Part shown: positions 25,030 to 36,428 of the stretch, piece by piece
Layout of the letters: each line of letters starts with the position of its first letter
How positions within the stretch are numbered: the stretch's first letter is position 1
Origin: Eledone cirrhosa
Taxonomy: Eukaryota
DNA: 64,000 nt
NCBI GenBank assembly: GCA_964016885.1
Contig: OZ024744.1
Span: forward strand, 61,256,001-61,320,000
Direction: 5' to 3'
Translations under genes and position numbers: made by a program
Notes under the pieces: generated by a model
Database searches by the model: none
The model's input: the letters and a program-made list of their open reading frames with translations, nothing else
Told to the model about the DNA's origin: nothing

Positions 25030-26020
25030 ATTTTTTCATTCTTACATGTTGGACGAGCACACCTCCACTCATTGTGCTCCTTTGTCAACTCAACTGTAAG
25101 ATTCAGAGTTTTGAGATCAGCTATCACCACCTCTGCCCATGTCTTCCTTGGAATCCCTCTCCCGCAGCTTCTTTCCACTTCTTCACCAAACAACCATCCT
25201 CCATATGCATCACATATCCAAAGCAGTAGAAGTTTTCTCTTGCATACTACATCCGATTCCTTTTATACCCGGATTTTCACACAGATCATCCATGCTTGTT
25301 CACACACAGTAACATTATACACCCAATGGAGTATGCTTGCTTCATTTCTCTTCAGCCTTCACATTTATTGCTTATATCTCACTACCATTTAACATTGCAT
25401 ATCACACACAGGCATTACAGTTGATTTTTTGTTCATAGAGAGAAACCTTTTATTGTTAACAGGGGTAGTAGCTCCCTAAACTTCTTCCATCCCGTCATTC
25501 TAGCTACTAAGCTCCCAGAACAACCTCTATAATTAGATACAGGTTTTTTCAGTAATCTGGGGTAGATTGTATCTAGCTCATCCCTCTTGTCATATGTACC
25601 ACAGAACTTTTCTGAACCTATATTTTACAAGGAAATCCTTTAACTTTCATACTCTCCTTCAGGATTTTCTGCATTTTTTGACACTAATAAATAATTTATG
25701 TTGTGTGGAAGGCCTTAGTATTTGTAAACAACTGCCTAACCCATTTTCTAACAAGTAAAAAGTCTATCTGGCTTCTGTAATTACCTGATTGGTAGGTGAT
25801 TAGGTGGCTGGCCTGTTTCCTGAAGCTAGTGTTGCAAATAGTTCATTCGCATCACAGAATTCTAGGAACCTTGCGCTCTTTTTATTTCTTGAGCTGTAAC
25901 CATAGCCTCTGTGAACACCAGTGTAACGATCTTGGTGCTGCCCAACATGTTGAAGTTACCAGCTAAGAAGATGAGGTCTCATCTATAACTGAAGTTGTCT
26001 GTAAGAGTTCCTCAGTCTAC
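25030..26020 (-). mobile_element. Old RTE fragments (3' end and endonuclease piece)
   Basis: Degenerate similarity to the RTE C-terminus (25030-25520) and to the EN region (25740-26020). Confidence 0.6.
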
Positions 26021-26459
26021 TCTATGCAGTTGTATTTATTTGGAATTACTGCCCTCAAAGCTGGGTAGCCTTCTCTGTGCAGTCTTAATTATTTGGAAGA
26101 TACTGCCATCCGAGATGAGCTACCTTCCATATTCATTACGTAGTCAATAATTACCCAGAGACACATATGGGTGCTACTACATATTTACACTAATTGCACC
26201 AGTAACAGAAATAATGTTTATAGATGGTTAATTTCCAAAGGTGTTAGTTGGGGAGCAGTGAATTATTTGTGTTTTACAAAAAGATAAGCCCCATAAGTAC
26301 ATGGTTGTCATAGAGGAGGATGGTCTTCAGCAATGAGGAGGAGGAGTGAAAGATAATAGTGAAAGATAATGATTTGAAAAATATTTGGCTGCTATTCTTA
26401 ACAGGTCAAGTCACCTTGTAAAAGCACCTTAATTGGCTTTATACATTAGTATACACAAA

Positions 26460-28562
26460 TCCGGAATGATAAAGGTGAGCTTGCCCTCACAAGTGCTGAG
26501 AAGAAAGATGCATGGAAGAGCCATTATGATAGATTACTAAATGAGGAGAATGCATGGGAAGAAGAGACCCTACCCCAAGTAGACCCTATAGAGGGGCCAG
26601 CAGTACAAGTCAGCAGCAGCGTAGTAAGTAAGGCAATCAAAGATATGAAGATGGGGAAGGCAACCGGTCCATCGGGTATAGCTGCAAAGATGCTGAAGGC
26701 ATCTGGGTCTGTAGGTCACACTATAACCACACGTATTGTTAACCAGGTAATACTAGGTGCCATACCAAAAGATTGGTGCAGTAGCATCATTGTCAACTGC
26801 TACAAAGGTAAAGGCGATGCACTAGATAGAGGAAACTATAGAGGTATAAAGTTGATGGACCAGGTCATGAAAGTAACAGAAAGAGTTATAGCACAGTTGA
26901 TTAGGGACCGGGTGAAAATAGACGAGATGCAATTTGGGTTTGTACCAGGAAGAGGCACCACTGATGCCCTCTTCCTTGTGAGGCAATTACAGGAAAAGTA
27001 CCTAGCTAAAAGTAAGCCTCTCTACTTGGCATTTGTCGACCTTGAGCAAGCCTTTGACAGAGTTCCACGTGCTGTAATCTGGTGGGCTCTTAGAAAACTA
27101 GGAGTAGATGAATGGCTTGTGAAAGCGGTACAAGCCATGTATAGGGGAGCAGTCAGCAAAGTTAGGATTAGCAATGAGTATAGCGAGGAATTTAGCGTAG
27201 AGGTTGGGGGTCCACCAGGGCTCTGTTCTTAGCCCCCTCCTGTTCATCATAGTCCTGCAGGCAATAACGGAAGAGTTTAAGACCGGATGCCCATGGGAAC
27301 TGTATGCTGATGAGCTCGCACTCATAGCTGAATCTATGGTAGAACTAGAGAATAAATTCCAAACTTGGAAGCAGGGACTAGAAAGAAAGGGTCTCAAAGT
27401 CAACATGACAAAGACTAAGGCCCTTGTAAGTAGATGAGAAAACAGAACCCAGATCCCCTCAGGGAAATGGCCTTGCTCAGTATGTAGGAAAGGTGTAGGT
27501 AGGAACTCTATTCTCTGCCCCAAATGCAAACAATGGGTACACAAGAGATGTAGCGGGATCTCAGGAAGCTTAATTAAGAATGTAGGATTCACATGCAGCA
27601 GCTGTGCTGAGACAGCAAGCAGCAAACAGCCACAGGAAACAAGTACCACCAATCTCTGGGAGGGCTCTGTAGAAACAGTAGACAGCTTCTGCTACCTAGG
27701 TGACCGAATTAGCAGCGGAGGTGGGTGTTCAGAAAGTACAATAACTAGGCTAAGAACAGGATGGAAGACGTTTAGGGAACTACTACCACTGCTAGCTGCA
27801 AAAGGCTTCTCCCTCAGAATGAAAGGCAGACTGTATGATGCGTGTATCCGAACAGCAATGTTGCATGGTAGTGAGACCTGGGCGCTGAAGGTGGAAGACT
27901 TACGTAGATTAGAGAGAAACGAAGCCTGCATGCTCTGATGGATGTGTAACAGTAATATACGTGAATGACAAAGCATAAATGAATTGAGAGAGAGACTGAG
28001 CATAAGAGGAATCAAATGCTGTGTGCAGGAGAGGTGGTTGCGCTGGTATGGACATGTGATGCGTATGAAGGATGACAGCTGCATAAAAAGGTGCAGAGCA
28101 CTAGAAGTCGATGGAAACCGCGGAGTGGGGAGACCCAAGATGACCTGGGATGAGGTGATAAAAGCCGACCTTACCCAATTACACCTCATAGGCAATGACA
28201 CACGACCGTGACTTCTGGTGTCACGCAGTAATACAGGGTACCCGACTTCCCATGGGTACAAGCTGAAGCATGTAGACAATATGCCCCCACACCCTCCCAC
28301 TGCAAGGTGGTCGTGGAGGTGCCACGGCAAAAAAAAAGCACCCAGCCCACACTGTAAAGTGGACGTGTAGGCGCCACGAAAAAGCACCCAGCACTCATTG
28401 TAAATGAGGTTGGTGTTAGGAAGGGCATCCAGCTGTAGAAACCAAGCCAAATCAGTTCCTGTATGAGCAAGGCATGGTCAGCCGACCAGACACTGCCCAC
28501 AACAGGACAACCCATCTAACCCATGCAAGCGTGGAAGAACAGACGTAAAACGGTGATGATGA
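26460..28562 (+). mobile_element. 5'-truncated RTE LINE, subfamily C
   Basis: ORF 26645-27232 has RT motifs 0-4; RT C-terminus follows; tail gacgtaaaacggtgatgatga; highly similar to 46889-48985 on the minus strand. Confidence 0.92.
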
Positions 28563-28721
28563 AACACAGAGTGTACAAGACTAACTTATCCAATTGGTTA
28601 ACACTTTCTTTTTCTTACACATTACGAGTGCAATTTGGCAAATATTTCGAGTAGAGTGAGCAATATATCATAAATGCTCCATTGTTGGATAGACGCGTTA
28701 GTGGTTGGGTGAATCACTTAC

Positions 28722-28863
28722 CATGTGCAGCCTTCTATCAATCCCTTCCACAGAGTACGTCAATTTCTGAAGAAGACCAGATTTGTGGGCACGCTGTTCC
28801 ATAAGGACACTATCTTCTGAACGGCTCTTATTTTTCCTGAGTGATCTCCTGGAGAGGATAAAT
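28722..28863 (-). CDS. Coding exon 3 of the CRACD/KIAA1211-like host gene
   Basis: Acceptor ttctgctttattatag, donor gtaagt; 142 nt, phase 2 to 0; (G)FILSRRSLRKNKSRSEDSVLMEQ...IDRRLHM; RSEDSVL resembles the LSHDSIF motif of this family. Confidence 0.85.
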
Positions 28864-29984
28864 CTATAATAAAGCAGAAATAATAATGATTAATGATAAA
28901 AATGTTTTAGAAACTGAAGATGTAACAATTGATTGAGCTACAGTGAATAAACATTTATATAATATAAAATAAAGCAAAGATAGGTGTAGGCAAGCTTTGT
29001 GATTAAGGAATTTGTTTTATAATTATGCAGTTTCAAATTTACTCACTGTGTGGCATCTTTGGTAAGGGTCTTGTGAGTGAAATTTAGCAAATAAAAACTG
29101 TGTGGAAGCCCGTCGCGCGTGCATATATATGGTGTATTTATTTATTTAATCAGAGAGAGGGAGAGTGTGGTGTGTGGTGTGTGTACCTGAGTTGACAATT
29201 GTGTCTTTGTCCCATTACTTAGTCGTGTGACAAAAACAAAATCGATCAAATAAGTGCCCAGTATAGCTACAGTCTAATTACTGAAACCAGTAAAGAATAG
29301 AATGAAGTTGAATGTAGGCTGCTTAAATATGTTGGGTTCTTAAATAACATGAGATAAAAGTACAGGAATAAGATACAGTGGATAATTAAATTTTAGTAGC
29401 ATTCAATTAGGGTTAAGGATATTTTATCTTTTAATGTCCTGTACAACAAAACTGCATTAGTAATACAAAGCATCACTGACTGCAACACATCAACAATTTA
29501 AGTCTAATTTTCCCAACATTCTGTCCACTAGTAAAGACACTAAACATTTTAAATCAAATTTTTCTTTTAGATATTTTCTGCTAAATAATTAAGATGTTAA
29601 ACCAATGTTAAGAAAAGGGTGTATGGTATGTACTTTACTTTCTGTTACAAAACTTCAGATTACACTAAAACATACTTAGTAAGACAAGGAACTTCATGTT
29701 TGATAATGGATTTGTTAGAGTAGTTTGAGCATCAAATTAAAAGACTTGGTTCTTGTTCCAGCTTCCTGTGCTCTAAATTCAACATTGCCTTCTATCCTTT
29801 CAAGGTCACTAAAAGTACCAGTCCAAGGAGTAGTGAAATGGCAGAATTGTTGAGGAGTTGGATTGGATATTTTGTGGTATCTGATCCAGTTCTGTATCTT
29901 GAATTAAAATCCTACCTCTTTCTACCAGGAGTTGTGAACAACAAATAGTATAAGCAATGGAAAGACCGAAAGAAATATATTCAC

Positions 29985-30189
29985 CCTCCATCATCTTCCT
30001 CATCATCATAGTCATCATCAAAGTCTTCACCTGATTGGCGGTGTAAGGCACTTGTAGATTTTGCTCTAATAGATACAATGCTTATCTCTTCATTACCCTT
30101 CATTTTGGACCGTTTTTTGTTGCTTTTGAAAAACTTCCGAACAGCTACAAGCGGATTAAATTTCCTCTTTTTACTTTCATTCTTGATGT
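29985..30189 (-). CDS. Coding exon 2 of the CRACD/KIAA1211-like host gene
   Basis: Acceptor ttgtctatttcag, donor gtgaat; 205 nt, phase 1 to 2; KKRKFNPLVAVRKFFKSNKKR basic motif followed by an acidic tract. Confidence 0.85.
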
Positions 30190-30981
30190 CTGAAATAGAC
30201 AAATAGATATAAGAGGTGGGCAGCTATATGGGTGGATGGCTAGATGGATATATATGTAGGTAAAAGGGCTGATAGGTAGGTGGATGGATAGGTTGGTAGG
30301 TAGGTAGGTAGGTGGGTAGATATGTAAGTAGGTAATTTGAAGAATGTGTGTGTGTGTGTGTCATCAGATTCCAGCAAGACGGAAGGTGACATGGTAATGA
30401 AATAGATGTGTAGATAAGGCCATAAAAGCTAAAAGACAGGCCTAAAAAGACCAAAAGAATTGGAGAAGCAGAGAGTAATAGAAAGTATTAAGAAGAGAAG
30501 CTAGACATTATGTTTTAGTTAGAGGAGAAGCAGAAATGTAGCTACCATTACTTCTTCAAATACTATATTCCATTACTCTTTCTTCTGCCACTTCCTTATT
30601 CAGTTTACTTTTACACTATTATTGTCTCTCCTATTAACCACCTCTGCCATTCCCTCATTCCAATTCAGTGCCTCACCTATCACATCCTTGCTCCTTACCT
30701 ACTCACCTTAGTTCTACTGTCATTGCTCTCTTACTCTGATTACTTCTATTCACCTTCTTAGTCATGTTACCTTTAATAAGCAAATACAATGTAGAGTAGT
30801 GAGTTCTCTTTAGTCAAGGAAAACTAGTGATGGTGCCATGATACAATGCACACACTACACTCTAAAGTGGTTGGCATTAGGAAGGGCATTTAGCTATAGA
30901 AATATGTCAGCTATTAGATTATCTGCAATACCTGCATTGAAAGTATTACTATTATTATTATTAGTAGTAATAGTTGTAGTT

Positions 30982-31329
30982 GGGCGGTAGATTGACAGTA
31001 TCGGTAGTGTTGTATATGTTTTGCAGCATATAGTTATGTCCCTTTACATTCCGAGTTCAAATCCTACCATGGTTAGCTTTGCCTTTCATCCTTACAAGGG
31101 TTTATAAAATTAAGTACCAGTAACACACTGGGGTAAATTTAATCAACTTTCCCCTTCCTTTCAAATTGCTGGCCTTGTGCCTAAAGTAGAAATAATATTA
31201 GTTTCTGGTTTAGGCACATTACCAACAATTTTTGGAGAGGGGATAGTTGATTAAATTGACTCCAGTGCATTACTGGTACTTTCTTTTATCGATCCCAAAA
31301 GGATGAAAAGCAAAGCTAACCTCGGCGAG
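30982..31329. mobile_element. Two SINE family 1 copies tail-to-tail (plus-strand full copy, then minus-strand 3' part)
   Basis: gagttcaaatcc B box near 31052; 31201-31329 is the reverse complement of the first copy's 3' half. Confidence 0.75.
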
Positions 31330-31334
31330 ATAAT

Positions 31335-32066
31335 CCTTCCTGCCTCCTTCCTCTTCATTGCCCACAAATATTCCTGAGAGGGTCATGGGGGAAGAGTTCT
31401 CAAACACTCCCTCCAGCTGGTCCTGTCAGAAGCAATCATGTCCGAGACAGCCAACCTCAAGGTTGTTATCCAACCATCTTGTTCAGGGTCTACCCCTGGG
31501 TCTCTTGCCAATTGGTTTTGCCCATAAATCTGTCTGGCGATTCTTTCCCCGCCGAGACATTCAAACCACATGTCCATAGAATCGGAGCTGTGATCTCTCA
31601 ATTCAGAGAAGTAGTGGCTCTACCTGGAGTGACTCTCTGATCTTGCACTTGATATGTTTGATGCCGAATGCTGCATAGCTGGAATGAAAATCAGTGCTGC
31701 GAAAACTGAGACACTCGTCCTCTCAAGGAAGCCTGTGCAGTGCATGCTACATATGAATGGAGTCCCACTGAAGTAGACATGTTCAAGTACCTCAGGGCCG
31801 CGTTCATGAGTGATGGAAGGCAGGAAGCTGAATCAAGTGCAAGAATTACAAAAGATGGTGCAGTAATTCGTCAGCTTTAGCATTCAGAAGGAAGGAAGTA
31901 GGCGTAAAAGCCAAACTCACCATCTTCAATTCGGTTTTTGTGCCAACCCGAATCTTGGATAATGATCGAGAGAATACAATCATGAATACAAGCGGCAAAA
32001 ATGAGATCCCTCTGAAGGGTCTTTGGAGTAATGTTACTCAATAGAGAGCATAGCTTGGAGATAAGA
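31335..32066 (-). mobile_element. Truncated RTE-clade LINE of another family, with an inverted 5' segment
   Basis: Plus strand 31640-32066 reads GMKISAAKTE..FKYL..LEIR; the protein continues on the minus strand from about 31632 (QVEPLLL..ERSQLRFYGHV..GKRPRGRP). Confidence 0.75.
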
Positions 32067-32144
32067 ATTATTATTATTATTATTATTAATAGGTGTAATA
32101 ATAAGTTTAGCAGTAGTAATAGTATTATATAGTGTGATGCTTAC

Positions 32145-32244
32145 CGGCAGTGGATGTGGACTGTGTGCAACTGTTGGTAGTACTGTCTCCTGCTTCGGCT
32201 GTAACGGCTGCAACTTCCGATTCATCCGTTATACTTGTAGCCAT
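32145..32244 (-). CDS. First coding exon of the CRACD/KIAA1211-like host gene (exon extends as 5' UTR to 32348)
   Basis: aaaATGg start, MATSITDESEVAAVTAEAGDSTTNSCTQSTSTA, donor gtaagc in phase 1 completing Asp with exon 2; upstream acceptor tcttcttgcag at 32349. Confidence 0.82.
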
Positions 32245-32515
32245 TTTTTTAAGAATAGGGGTGAGACGACAATAATGTCCCCCTATCTTAACTCATAGTT
32301 TGTCAATAGTCAGCAACAATTTCAAAAACAAAAATACACCTATGGAACCTGCAAGAAGATGCAACAGAAAAAAGATAAAACTTTTTTACAATTTGTTAAT
32401 ATTTTATCTGAAAATGAAAATGGTGATTCCTTTTTTTTTTTTTTTTTGGAAAGGTGTGTGTGGTGTTGTGTGTGGTGTGTGTGTGTGCAAATGACAACAC
32501 TTGTTTTTACTAAGG

Positions 32516-32550
<35 letters not shown>

Positions 32551-32983
32551 CTCTCTTCACACTCAAAATCTCAGTGATGCCATGTGTACATGTATATGCA
32601 CACACACAAATATGGCTTGGTCATGTCAGAATAAGTGACAACAGAATTCAATAGGGTCTCATGGTGGAAAGAGAAACAAAGGCAAGCCATTGCTGATATA
32701 CAAGGACAAGCTCAAAGTTAACCTGAAAGCAACAAAGATTCAAGAAACATCAGAAAAAAACTACACTGAATGCCAATGAATGAGGATTAATTGCTATAAA
32801 ACTATAAAAATCCATTAAATAAGCTGTTTGGATCGTCATAAACAATTGAGAGCTAAGACAAAATCTCAATCTAACATGTCAACCACTTTTTATAACAACC
32901 CTCTCATGTCCAATCTATGGACTAGTCTACAAACCATTGGCTGGATTAAAGTCTCATAAAAGACAAACATCAGAACTTTAAAA

Positions 32984-33321
32984 TCATCATCATCATCATC
33001 ATTTCATTTCACGTCCGCTTTTTCCCTGCTTGCAAGGGTGGGACGGGTACTGATTCTGGCTTGATTTCTACAGCTGGATGCTCTTCCTAACACCAACCTC
33101 ATTTACAGTGAGTGCTGGGTGCTATTTTGCCGTGGTACCTCCACAACCACTTTGCAGTGGAATGATAAGGACCCCAGTCCCTATCATCTCATTTCTACAG
33201 CTGAGTAAACTGGAGCAATGTGAAATAAAGCGTCTTGCTCAAGGAAACACTCGGTTTGAGAATTGAACTCACAACCTTTCGATTGCAAGGCCAATGCTCT
33301 AACCACTAAGCCATGTGCCTC
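32984..33321 (-). mobile_element. tRNA-derived SINE family 2 (CORE-like centre, RTE-derived 3' tail)
   Basis: Reverse complement of 33445-33783 with small deletions. Confidence 0.85.
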
Positions 33322-33323
33322 TT

Positions 33324-33410
<87 letters not shown>

Positions 33411-33444
33411 TATATATATTATATATATTATATATATTATATAT

Positions 33445-33783
33445 GAAGGCACATGGCTTAGTGGTTAGAGCATTGGGCTTGCAATCGAAAGGTTGTGAGT
33501 TCAATTCTAGGACCGGATGACGTGTTGTTTCCTTGAGCAAGACACTATTTCACATTCCTCCAGTTTACTCAGATGCAGAAATGAGATGATAGGACTGGGG
33601 TTCCTATCATTCCACTGCAAAGTGGACATGTAGGCACCATGGAAAAAATGCACCCAGCACTCACTGTAAATGAGGTTGGTGTTAGGAAGGGCATCCAGCT
33701 GTAGAAATCAAGCCAGAATCAGTTCCCGTCCCACCCTTGCAAGCAGGGAAAAGTGGATGTAAAATGATGATGATGATGATGAT
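33445..33783 (+). mobile_element. tRNA-derived SINE family 2, full length
   Basis: A box tggcttagtgg, B box gagttcaattc, ccttgagcaagacact centre, 3' end shared with RTE LINEs and a (GAT)n tail. Confidence 0.88.
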
Positions 33784-33789
33784 GCCCAC

Positions 33790-34251
33790 TAATGCCAGGA
33801 AATTATATAATAATAATCATTGTGATCACAGTTGAACATTCCTGACTAAGTCTCTCCACAATTTATGATTTTCCATTACTTCTGGCAACTGCTCCCTAGT
33901 GAGGTTTGTATTGTCTGAGAGTTGATTGCTGAATGTTCAAGCAAGTCTTCCTCTACTGCGTCTCCCATAAGTTAGTTGCCTCAATAGTAGCTTCTGCATA
34001 ACTTCCTGCTTACTTCTCCAGCAATGTCCTGCAAATTGTAACCATCTTTGATTAATTGCAGTTATCTTGAGCAAGTTTCCATATAACCTTTCACCTGTAA
34101 TACGTTGATGTCAGTTTATATTTTATACAACCCTAAGAAAAATTGGTTAACTCAAACGTTACCAAGTCAGAGTACATGTCACTAAACCAAGATGGAAATT
34201 TCAACACACTGGATGACAGAATACTAAATGGAGCATAAAAACAAAAAACAG

Positions 34252-34284
<33 letters not shown>

Positions 34285-34466
34285 ATTGACATTAGAATTT
34301 CCAAAGTTTGGGCTGCAATGAACATGGAAAGGATATGGAAGTCAGATTTACCCAGTAAAATAAAAATATTCTTCAGAGTATCTGTTGTATGGATCAGGTA
34401 CATGGATCCTGACACAAGCACCTAAGAAACTAGATGGTGCATACACTAAAACATTTAGGGTTGTAC
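33790..34466 (-). mobile_element. Old RTE-clade fragment with an inverted 5' segment
   Basis: Minus strand FAGHCWRS..RRGR; plus strand DIRISKVWAAM..IWKSDL..LDGAYTK; ttagggttgta is shared by both segments. Confidence 0.65.
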
Positions 34467-34474
34467 ATTTCAAA

Positions 34475-35308
34475 ATAATAATGGTTTCTGATTTAGGCAC
34501 AAAGCCAACTATTTTGAGGGAGGGGAAAGTTGATTAAGTTGACCGCAGTGCATTACTTTATTTTATCAACCTCATAAGAATGAAAAGCAAAGATAACCTC
34601 GACCAGGATTTGAACTCAGAACAAAGGGCCGTAACTATCAAAGCATGTTGTCCAATGCTCTACCAATACTGCCAATCAATCTAATTTCTAATTTATGCAA
34701 ATTAGTGGGAAGGGAAAGTCAATAATATAACAAACTGGTACTTTGTTCTATAATATCAATTATAAAGCAGCAGCCATAATTCTAATTTAGGTGCATGGCC
34801 AGCAATTATATACTTGACTGGTACATTATCATCCCTGAAAGAATAAAAGGTAAAATTGACCTCAGCAGGATGTGAATTTAGAAAGCAAAGAGCAGAAACA
34901 ACTACTGCAAGGCATTTTGTCTGATGCTCAGATTCTGCCAATCCACCACCTTAATTGTTTCTACTATTGGCACAAGGCCAGTAATTATTCCAGTGTATTA
35001 CTGGTACTTTATTTTATCAACCCCGTAAGGATGAAAGGCATTTGAACTCAGATCATAAAGGGCCGTAACTCTATGCTGCAAAGCATGGTGTCTGACTACC
35101 GATACTGCCAATATGGTTTCTAATTTAGGTACAAGTTCAACAAGTTGATAAAATTGACCCCAGTGCATTACTGGTGCATTATTTTATCACCCCTATAAAG
35201 ATGAAAAGCAAAACTAACCTTGGTGGGATTTGAATTCAGAACGTAAAGGGCTGTAATTATGCCACAAAGCATGGTGTCCGACACTGAATCCACTGCCCCC
35301 ACCACCTT
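34475..35308 (-). mobile_element. Cluster of 4-5 same-orientation SINE family 1 copies
   Basis: Repeated ggatgaaaggc / tttgaactcaga / tactgccaat modules near 34580, 34850, 35030 and 35200. Confidence 0.75.
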
Positions 35309-36316
35309 AATAATAATGATTTCTTTATTGACCAAATAACTAAATAATAAACAAAAATAATGCTTTCTTTTATTGATCTGAATGGCCCAATATGTTGGGA
35401 ATACCATAAAGAAGTACAAACACAGCAGAAGAGATTTACATTGAATATACAGCAGTGTTGGCACCAAATGCTGGAGCCACGATAAAATGCACCCAGTACA
35501 CTCTTAAAGTGGCAGTGTTGGAGCCATGATAAAATGTATAGGAAGTAGAAACCATGTATAGCCATAGAAACCATGCCAAAAGGTGAATTGTATGTCTAGT
35601 CTTGGATTGTGGCAACAATCATGGAAAGCACACATTAACTGATATGCAAAGTTGAAATTAAAAAAACAACAAAACAATTAAGAGGCAAAATGCTACAACT
35701 GTTTCAAAGGGGAACAGATAATTATATTGACAGTGTAGCACTGGTACTTATTTTATTGACCGACGAGAAAGGCAGGATTTCAATTTGGAATATAATCCTT
35801 TTGTCATTGTTCTTGCAGCTCACACCTAATGTAGGCTTACCTGGTTTAGGAGTGTATCTCATCGGAGGTTTTTTTGGGGCGTTTTTAATGAAACGAGCCA
35901 AACACAATGCACGATCCAGTCTAAGATTCGAGGATATGACCTTATGATCGTTATTCTACCACCCTAACGACTAGGCCATACACCATACTTTACTTATAAA
36001 CCTTTTGTGACTGTTTCTCATGAAATACACTGTCAATATGATTTTCAATTAATATTAAAGAATTTCGAAGGATTGAGTAAAAGGATCAACTTTTTCATTA
36101 GTTTAAACCCTTTTTTAATGCCAAACTATCTGAAATTGAATTTAGTTCTACAATACAAAGCTGTTTATTTTAAAGTAAGTAAATATTTTCTAAAACAACC
36201 TTTCCTTATAATTTTATTTAAAAAAACCTGTTCCAAACACCAGAGGAAGTTATATTAAATTCATGCAAAATATTTTCAAAATTATTTGTATTTATATGCA
36301 GTGTATCAATGATAAT

Positions 36317-36397
36317 GCTTTCTTTATTAACTACAAGGGTTTACACAAAGTAAGACATTAAGGACAATACAGGACGGTACAAATGGCCATTTCTGCA

Positions 36398-36428
<31 letters not shown>

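Noticed and set aside
33445-33520. tRNA gene
   Set aside because: A and B boxes are present, but the sequence continues into a SINE body and tail with no complete cloverleaf.
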